In this document: positions 7,035-13,196 of the stretch, piece after piece
How the letters are laid out: each line of letters begins with the position of its first letter
Position numbering within the stretch: the stretch's first letter is position 1
From: a virus
DNA length: 32,000 bases
IMG/VR virus record: IMGVR_UViG_3300045988_126465
Coordinates: 8,657-40,656 of that record
Direction: 5' to 3' (one strand)
The notes under the pieces: model-generated
Seen by the model: only the letters and a program-made list of their open reading frames with translations
The model's database searches: none
Told to the model about the DNA's origin: nothing
Translations under genes and position numbers: made by a program

Positions 7035-7528
7035 GTGTAAATAACCCCGTTTGAAGTTTCATAATAACCATCGAAACCAAGATCACGCGCGAATGCTTTA
7101 TAGTCAAAGTATGTTTGCGCAATTTCCGGAAGGTTGTAACATTCTTCTACAATTTCATAGGCCACATCTTCCAACGTCATACCTTCATAAAAAGTATAGT
7201 TTTCACTTTCTAAGTATCCTAATGCATCCGTATAGCTGCATACTTCCATTAATGCGGTGAATTCGCTTTCATTATCTTCTAATGCTTCAGCCACTTCATT
7301 AATATCGTCAATGTTTGGATATTCACCGAATGCATCATACATATCAAATAATGAGCAATCATAATCAGTAATAAACCATTCTTCATACATTGTATTTTCT
7401 TTCACTCCAATGTTTTCGAGTTCCTTTTTAAAATCATCTTCATCGATTGGAAAATCAATCCATTTACCAACTAAATAACCCTCGTTATACTTTCCTAAAT
7501 TTGTTATATAAGCTTTCATTTCACACAT
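7028..7528 (-). CDS. ardA: antirestriction protein ArdA (DNA mimic, anti type I R-M)
   Basis: An AAGGAGG RBS sits 8 nt upstream. The N-terminus KAYITNLGKYNEGYLVGKWIDFPID and the C-terminal YFDYKAFARDLGFDG match the hallmark ArdA signature (compare Tn916 Orf18 YIANLGKYNEGELVGAWFTFPID ... YIDYQAYGRDL). The protein is strongly acidic. Confidence 0.88.
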   Translation of the reverse strand: MCEMKAYITNLGKYNEGYLVGKWIDFPIDEDDFKKELENIGVKENTMYEEWFITDYDCSLFDMYDAFGEYPNIDDINEVAEALEDNESEFTALMEVCSYTDALGYLESENYTFYEGMTLEDVAYEIVEECYNLPEIAQTYFDYKAFARDLGFDGYYETSNGVIYTC

Positions 7529-7684
7529 GATCTTTACCTCCTTAATATTCTATAGATCCCATTTGTTTTTTAAGTAAAAAGCTAAACTAGTAAAATTTAT
7601 AAATAGTGAAACATACATGATAAAATCTTTCATTGTTTGCACCGCTTAAACATGATAAAATGTAAGTAGGTAAGCTATTTGGAG

Positions 7685-7837
7685 TTAACCAAATAGCCTA
7701 TCTAAAAGCCACTCAATGGCTTTGCTACCGGATGCGCATGCGATTGAAATTATTAGGTTGAAGAATAACAATTTGAAATAATCGCGTTCGCGTCTTTTTT
7801 GTTCATATTTATGAACTCTTGATAGCTTACGTTTCAT
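7685..7837 (-). CDS. 50-aa basic/TM micro-protein (candidate)
   Basis: GAAAGGAAAAAAC precedes the ATG on the minus strand. My translation is MKRKLSRVHKYEQKRRERDYFKLLFFNLIISIACASGSKAIEWLLDRLFG. Confidence 0.35.
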   Translation of the reverse strand: MKRKLSRVHKYEQKRRERDYFKLLFFNLIISIACASGSKAIEWLLDRLFG

Positions 7838-7926
7838 GTTTTTTCCTTTCTAGTCACTTAAGACACTTACAGAATAAAACAAACGTTTTACATTGTCAAG
7901 CAAAAAATGAAATGAATGTTTGGTTA

Positions 7927-7955
7927 TTGCAAAAAAACGTTTGATATTATAAAAT
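7927..7955 (+). promoter_or_regulatory. candidate sigma-A promoter of the HTH gene with AAACGTTT palindrome in the spacer
   Basis: TTGCAA (7927-7932), then 17 nt, then TAAAAT (7950-7955). The palindrome AAACGTTT occurs at 7935-7942 and again at 7881-7888. Confidence 0.35.
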
Positions 7956-7983
7956 GAATATAGAACGGGAGGGCGCATATTAT

Positions 7984-8190
7984 ATGAAAGAAAATCAAAT
8001 TATTGCAGCACTTGCTTATGCTCATAAGAATCAACAAGATATCGCGGATTCGTTTGGATGCACCAAACAAAATATAAGTACTAGAATTAAACGCGAAAAG
8101 TTCACGGATGAAGAGCTAGAAAAAATGGCGCAAGCGATAGGCGCAAGATACAAATGCTATTTTGAATTTGAAGACGGCACGAAAATATAA
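7984..8190 (+). CDS. small helix-turn-helix DNA-binding protein (Cro/XRE-like)
   Basis: The ATG at 7984 lies 10 nt after GGGAGGG. The HTH-like segment is QQDIADSFGCTKQNISTRIKREK. Confidence 0.6.
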   Translation: MKENQIIAALAYAHKNQQDIADSFGCTKQNISTRIKREKFTDEELEKMAQAIGARYKCYFEFEDGTKI

Positions 8191-8206
8191 ACCCGTCTTT
8201 TTTTTA
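8171..8206 (+). terminator. intrinsic terminator after HTH gene
   Basis: GACGG (8173-8177) pairs with CCGTC (8193-8197) and is followed by T8. Confidence 0.5.
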
Positions 8207-8252
8207 TACTCATTTTTTCAAAAAGCTTTTTGTTTTTAAAACGTGCACGCAA

Positions 8253-8320
8253 GCGCCTATTTAAAAGGCTTTTAAGCGTGTTCGGTTGTAGTCTTATAAG
8301 ATATAGTTATAAGACTTGTG
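8253..8320 (+). repeat. copy B of the duplicated two-hairpin element (partner at 2621-2680)
   Basis: GCCTATTTAaaAGGCTTTTAA, then TAGTCTTATAAGATATAGTTATAAGAC. Hairpin 2 is a perfect 9-bp stem, GTCTTATAA / TTATAAGAC. Confidence 0.6.
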
Positions 8321-8334
8321 TATATGTACTATAT

Positions 8335-8359
8335 GGACGTGGTGAGCGTCCTTTTTTTT
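8335..8359 (+). terminator. intrinsic terminator
   Basis: GGACG-tggtgag-CGTCC followed by T8. Confidence 0.7.
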
Positions 8360-8888
8360 GTGTGGTTTGCTTCAGCTCCAGGAAGACAAGCGACACGCTG
8401 AGCGCATGACATGGTGCATATAATCCAATGTATTGAAGTAGTGAAATGTTTATTGCATATATAAGAACGTGCGCGCGTGTTCTATTAATGTAGTCATGGT
8501 CATGGTATGAAAGAACGCTTACAACAAGACATGTTGAAAAATGTTTCAACACAATAATAAATATATGAATGTCATATGATTGAAGCTGTGAGCGGTGCGG
8601 TGTGGTGGTAGCTGCATAGGTTTGATTTTTAACCCTGAAAGCGCCCAGGGCTGGGATCAGATCAGCAGATACCCCCCTATCTTTCAAAAGTTTTTTGCGT
8701 TTTGGGGAACGGCGTGGGGAGTTTAAAAAAACTGGGTCATGAGTGCATGAGAGGGGGTAAAATCTGAATTTCTTCATTTTGTACAGTGTACAAAGAAAAA
8801 CCGTGATATTCTGTAGTCGTGAAGATTGGAAAACATCTTCTAGAACAAACAAGGTAGTTCTTGGATTGTTTCATTTTAGTGCCCGTTG
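8360..8888 (+). ncRNA. candidate large structured non-coding RNA (about 530 nt) and/or cos region
   Basis: There is no credible ORF. My hand count gives about 50% G+C over 8581-8760, against AT-rich flanks. Multiple local and nested helices are present (8532-8551, 8633-8650, 8689-8696/8726-8733, 8673-8678/8752-8757). The region is bounded by + strand terminators. Strand and identity are unverified. Confidence 0.3.
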
Positions 8889-8918
8889 AAAAAGACCTGT
8901 GGAAACATGGGTCTTTTT
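8889..8918. terminator. bidirectional intrinsic terminator
   Basis: AAAAAGACC (8889-8897) pairs with GGTCTTTTT (8910-8918). Confidence 0.6.
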
Positions 8919-9010
8919 CATATCACTGCATTCAAAGTGGTTACTGTTAGTTTTTGTCGTCCTTTAAATTTGTTAACTGTAGTTATGGTCAAAACTTTGA
9001 ATGTAGCGAT

Positions 9011-9397
9011 ATGAAAAAATATTATGGTTCAGAAGCAACAAAAACAGGTGCTAGAAATTATGCTAGAAAATTTTACTCAAGCAAGGCTTGGGAAAAGAAA
9101 AGCAAATCGTATAGAAAGGCACATCCACTTTGTGAAAGATGTTTGAAAAAAGGTATCTATACCAGGTCGACTTGTGTACATCACAAAGTACACATTGACC
9201 AGGACAACTATAGAGATGTACACATTCTATTTGGCGATTCTAATTTGGAAGCGTTGTGTGACTTATGTCATGCTGAAGAACATTCCAAACGTAAACCATC
9301 TTTTGAATTTGATGAAAACGGAATGCTTATAGGATGTGGAAGGGAGGATGATGAATGCAAAAAGGAGCATGGAAAAAAAGAATCAATTCACAACTAG
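9011..9397 (+). CDS. HNH endonuclease (terminase-associated, cos-type packaging)
   Basis: It contains CERC...CVHHKVHI...NLEALCDLCHAEEH (an HNH/zinc-finger motif) and lies immediately upstream of terS. The ATG at 9011 was preferred over the TTG at 8954, so the start is uncertain. Confidence 0.8.
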   Translation: MKKYYGSEATKTGARNYARKFYSSKAWEKKSKSYRKAHPLCERCLKKGIYTRSTCVHHKVHIDQDNYRDVHILFGDSNLEALCDLCHAEEHSKRKPSFEFDENGMLIGCGREDDECKKEHGKKESIHN

Positions 9398-9729
9398 AGA
9401 ATTTAGGCACATTTTCTCCTGAATATTCGGTTGCGGTTGATTCACTTGCAGATGCCTTGGCCCAATATGATTCAACAATGAAGCAATGGAGAGATTCAAG
9501 TAAAGCAAATGGCTACAAATCACTACAGATGGTTGTTGAATATACGAACAAGGGCGGTGCAACGAATTTATCGCGCTCACCATACTACATTATTACCGTT
9601 CAATTACGTGATCAAATTATGAAATACTGCAAAGAACTTGGCTTGTCACCTACTTCACTTTCAAAAACAACAGAAGTATCCGGAAAAAAAGGTGATGAAT
9701 TGGATGAGTTCATGAGCAGATTTAAATGA
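9355..9729 (+). CDS. terS: terminase small subunit (P27-like)
   Basis: 124 aa between HNH and TerL, with an ATGA overlap with terL. Its size and position are typical of the P27 family. The family call is from memory. Confidence 0.7.
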   Translation: MQKGAWKKRINSQLENLGTFSPEYSVAVDSLADALAQYDSTMKQWRDSSKANGYKSLQMVVEYTNKGGATNLSRSPYYIITVQLRDQIMKYCKELGLSPTSLSKTTEVSGKKGDELDEFMSRFK

Positions 9730-11384
9730 AATATCTAGACATTTATAAAGAACGTATTAAATCGGGTGAAGATGTAGTCGGTAAGTGGATAAAACTTAAT
9801 CTTCAATATGTTGAAAGAGGTTTAGCAAATGGAGATTTCTTCTATGATGAGAAAAAAGCGGAAATGCATATAGCGTTTATTGAAACGTTTTGTCATCACG
9901 TAGAAGGAAAAACAACAAAAGTAAAGCTTGAGCCTTGGCAAAAATACTATATTGCGTGCATATTCGGACTTGTTGATAAGAATGGAAAAAGGCAGTTTCG
10001 TGAAATACCTACGGTAATGGGCCGAAAACAAGGAAAATCATTTCTTTGTGCAGGTATTGAACTTGATGTTGGATTTACATCTGATGAAGCAGGTATGCAG
10101 ATATACAATATAGCTCCAAAGTTAAAACAAGCGCAGATCATTTACAATGTTCTGTATCAAATGATGGAACACTCTAAGGCATTGAGTCAAAGAGTAAAAA
10201 AACGTAGAACGGATATCTACATGAAACAGAATAACTGTAGATGGGAACCAATTGCCTTTGCATCTAAAAAATCAGATGGATTCAACCCATATTTGACGAT
10301 ATTTGATGAGTTTGCAGCCTGGGAAGGTGAAGCGGGTATGAAAATGTACAACGTTATGTTGTCGGCAGGTGGTGCAAGACCTGATCCACTTTATATTCCT
10401 GTAAGTACCGCAAACTATATTGATGAAGGATTATATGATGAATTATTTGTTCGTGGAACATCCGTTTTACTTGGTACGTCTGATGAAAAACAAATGTTGC
10501 CTTTCTTTTATATGATTGATGATATTCAAAAATGGGATGATCCTATTGAATTAAGAAAAGCAATGCCAAACCTTGGAATATCGGTTTCTTATGAATATTT
10601 GCAGAATGAAATTTTAAAAGCACATAGCTCACCGACATATAAGGCGGAGTTTATAACAAAATATGCGAATATCAAACAGAATTCAACGGAAGCGTTATTT
10701 AGTGCAGAAGATATTAACAAAGTTAAAGGTGAAGAACTTAGATTTGAAGATTTTGCACATACATATGCAGTTGGTGGAATTGACTTGTCACAAACAACAG
10801 ATTTAACAGCCGCATCTGTAGTTATACGAATTCAAGAACAGGACTACATATTTACTCATTTTTGGCTTCCAACATTAAAAATCAAGGAGCTAGAGGAAAG
10901 AGACAAGATACCATATACAAGATTTATTCAATTGGGATATTTAAGTCCAAGTGGGGAAAACTTTGTACGGTATGAAGATGTTACGGAATGGTTTGAAATG
11001 CTACGTAAGAAATACAAGATTTATTGCGTGGTCGTTGGATATGACCGTTATTCGGCTCAGTATCTTGTGGATGATATGAAGAAATATGGATACAAGATGG
11101 ATGATGTCATTCAGGGTACTAACCTTACACCGGTTATTAATGAATTTACAGGATACGTAAGAGATGGATTTGTTCATACAGGAACAAATGGATTATTACA
11201 AGCACATATGTCTAGTGTGGCATTAAAAAAAGTTGCGGAGGACAATCGTGTACGCATGATTAAAACTGATCCAAGAAAACATATTGATGGGTATGCATCT
11301 GTTATTGATGCATATACAGTAAGACAAAAATGGTGGGATACTTTTAAATACCGCCTTGAAAACAAGAAAAGGAAGGTGAATTAG
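9726..11384 (+). CDS. terL: terminase large subunit
   Basis: 552 aa. Walker A-like MGRKQGKS, the DEF(A) Walker B motif at IFDEFAAW, and a C-terminal nuclease region (GGIDLSQTTD...). The synteny is canonical. Confidence 0.93.
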   Translation: MKYLDIYKERIKSGEDVVGKWIKLNLQYVERGLANGDFFYDEKKAEMHIAFIETFCHHVEGKTTKVKLEPWQKYYIACIFGLVDKNGKRQFREIPTVMGRKQGKSFLCAGIELDVGFTSDEAGMQIYNIAPKLKQAQIIYNVLYQMMEHSKALSQRVKKRRTDIYMKQNNCRWEPIAFASKKSDGFNPYLTIFDEFAAWEGEAGMKMYNVMLSAGGARPDPLYIPVSTANYIDEGLYDELFVRGTSVLLGTSDEKQMLPFFYMIDDIQKWDDPIELRKAMPNLGISVSYEYLQNEILKAHSSPTYKAEFITKYANIKQNSTEALFSAEDINKVKGEELRFEDFAHTYAVGGIDLSQTTDLTAASVVIRIQEQDYIFTHFWLPTLKIKELEERDKIPYTRFIQLGYLSPSGENFVRYEDVTEWFEMLRKKYKIYCVVVGYDRYSAQYLVDDMKKYGYKMDDVIQGTNLTPVINEFTGYVRDGFVHTGTNGLLQAHMSSVALKKVAEDNRVRMIKTDPRKHIDGYASVIDAYTVRQKWWDTFKYRLENKKRKVN

Positions 11385-12658
11385 TGGCTAAAAGCAGAAG
11401 AAAAAGATTTGGTTTGCTAGGAAGTCTATTAGGACTAAATAAGCCAGCACCTAAACAAAATCAATTACACTCTATGTTTGCAAGCTTAGGTGGATATTCA
11501 CCAGTGTATTCATCATATGATGGTGGAATATATGAGATTGGACTATGCAGAGCATGTATCAATCGAATTGCTACATCATGTGGGAAGGCTTCACCTGAAC
11601 TGACAAACAAAGACTACAAAGCTAAGATATATAACTATTTGGTTAAGAAAAAGCCAAATCCTTATATGACAGCTAGTCAATTTTACAAAAGATTGGCAAC
11701 TATCTATTTTGCAGAAAACAATGCTTTCATTATTCCGATTGAAGATGAATATGGAATGATAAAGGGATTGTGGCCCGCAGTACCAAGTCAGTGTCAATTA
11801 AAAGAAATCAATGGTGTAGTTTATATTTATTTTAATTTCATCTATGGCGAAACAAAATTGATTGAATACAGCAAGGTAGGGCATTTAAGACAAATGCAGT
11901 ATAAAAATGATTACTTTGGTGATACCAATGATGCATTTGATACAACAGCTAAATTGATGCTTGCTCAGGAAGAAGGAGCAATTAATGCGATTAAGTCGAG
12001 TTCTATTGTTCGATTCTTAGCTAAAATTTCAACACCAATTGACGATGATGAGGATTATAAAGAACAACAAAACATGATCTTGAGAAATAACCTGAACAAA
12101 AATGAAACAGGTGTATTCCTTGTCGACAATCGATTTGATGAAGTAAAACCGATTGAAAGTAAACCACTATTAGTGGATGCCAAGCAGAAGCAGGCAATTG
12201 AAAATAGTGTATACAGCTATTTTGGAATTAGTGAAGCTATTTTACAAAATAAATATAAACCTGATGAATGGAATGCATTTTATGAATCAATTATCGAGCC
12301 TTTCTTTATTGAAGTTGGAGAAGTGTTGAGTGGAATGTTATATTCCGTAAATCAGATTATGAATGGTAGTGAAATCATTCTTACAAGTGATCGTTTACAG
12401 TATGATTCGACACAAACAAAATTAAATGTTGCGACTCAAATGTTCGATAGAGGAATGATTGATACAAACGGGGCATTAAATATTATGAACAAAGCGCCTT
12501 TACCAGATGATGAAGGTAAGAAACGTTTTATTCGAGGTGAATATATCCAGGTAACTAAATCGAATCAAGGAGGAATTGGTTACAATGGGGAAACCGAACC
12601 ACAGCAAAATCCAAATGCGCTCGATCCCGTTCCAAATGAACCCGGTGACGGAAAATAA
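11384..12658 (+). CDS. portal protein (HK97 family-like)
   Basis: 424 aa, starting at a GTG coupled to the terL stop. It sits between TerL and the prohead protease. Confidence 0.88.
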   Translation: MAKSRRKRFGLLGSLLGLNKPAPKQNQLHSMFASLGGYSPVYSSYDGGIYEIGLCRACINRIATSCGKASPELTNKDYKAKIYNYLVKKKPNPYMTASQFYKRLATIYFAENNAFIIPIEDEYGMIKGLWPAVPSQCQLKEINGVVYIYFNFIYGETKLIEYSKVGHLRQMQYKNDYFGDTNDAFDTTAKLMLAQEEGAINAIKSSSIVRFLAKISTPIDDDEDYKEQQNMILRNNLNKNETGVFLVDNRFDEVKPIESKPLLVDAKQKQAIENSVYSYFGISEAILQNKYKPDEWNAFYESIIEPFFIEVGEVLSGMLYSVNQIMNGSEIILTSDRLQYDSTQTKLNVATQMFDRGMIDTNGALNIMNKAPLPDDEGKKRFIRGEYIQVTKSNQGGIGYNGETEPQQNPNALDPVPNEPGDGK

Positions 12659-13196
12659 ACGGATTGATACTCAGTACTATGTTGAAGGATATGCTACAAC
12701 ATTTGAGCCTTATGTTCTTTATCGAGATTATGAAGGTAATGATGTATATGAGTTGATTGAGCGTTCAAGTTTGGACAACGCTGATATGAGTGATATCATC
12801 TTCCAATTTGATCATGGAGGAATGGTATATGCACGTACAAGCAATGGTTCACTTATTGTTGAAGTAGATGAACATGGATTGTTTGTTGCAGCAGATTTAG
12901 GAAGAACAGAAGCTGCAAAACGTTTGTACGACAGTATTCAGGCAGGAATGGTTACTCAGATGTCATGGCGATACATGGTGGATGAGGAATCATATGATAG
13001 AGATAAAAAGACGTGGACAACACGTAAAGTATCAAAAATTTATGATGTTTCGGCAGTCTCGATTCCTGCAAATGATCAAACGTCTATTGAAGCAAGGGCA
13101 AAGTCTTTAATGGATGAAGAACGGACTAAAAAAGAAAATGAAAAGAAACGAGAAAGACTGAGTTTGTTGTTGCAGATTAAGGAGGCTATTAATTAA
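12585..13196 (+). CDS. prohead maturation protease (HK97 family, S78-like)
   Basis: An AAGGAGG at 12567-12573 precedes the ATG at 12585. The segment YYVEGYATTFEPY...IFQFDHGG is typical of the prohead protease N-terminus. The C-terminus is Lys/Glu-rich. Confidence 0.82.
   Translation: MGKPNHSKIQMRSIPFQMNPVTENKRIDTQYYVEGYATTFEPYVLYRDYEGNDVYELIERSSLDNADMSDIIFQFDHGGMVYARTSNGSLIVEVDEHGLFVAADLGRTEAAKRLYDSIQAGMVTQMSWRYMVDEESYDRDKKTWTTRKVSKIYDVSAVSIPANDQTSIEARAKSLMDEERTKKENEKKRERLSLLLQIKEAIN

Noticed and set aside
7783-7800. CGCGTTCGCG followed by T6 as a terminator for a + strand antisense RNA
   Set aside because: The stem would enclose a loop of only 2 nt, and the alternative is just 3 bp. That is too weak to call an intrinsic terminator.
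7881-7942. AAACGTTT treated as a highly specific operator motif
   Set aside because: The same 8-mer also occurs inside coding regions (9883-9890, 12521-12528 and 12918-12925), so the bare palindrome is not statistically special. Only the paired intergenic placement and the extended 14-mer shared with 31756-31769 are retained, and then as a low-to-moderate interest observation.
8307-8852. 181-aa ORF on the minus strand spanning the GC-enriched non-coding region
   Set aside because: It has no Shine-Dalgarno site upstream of the start. Its composition (rich in His, Arg, Ser, Thr and Leu) is unlike the other proteins in the window. Long accidental ORFs are expected where G+C rises and AT-rich stop codons become rare. 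It also runs against flanking + strand terminators. I treat it as spurious, though this should be confirmed by homology search.
9383-11797. Short antisense ORFs within terS, terL and the portal gene (9383..9583, 9822..10031, 9947..10141, 11174..11365, 11591..11797)
   Set aside because: They are embedded in confidently assigned packaging genes on the opposite strand and show no translational signals.
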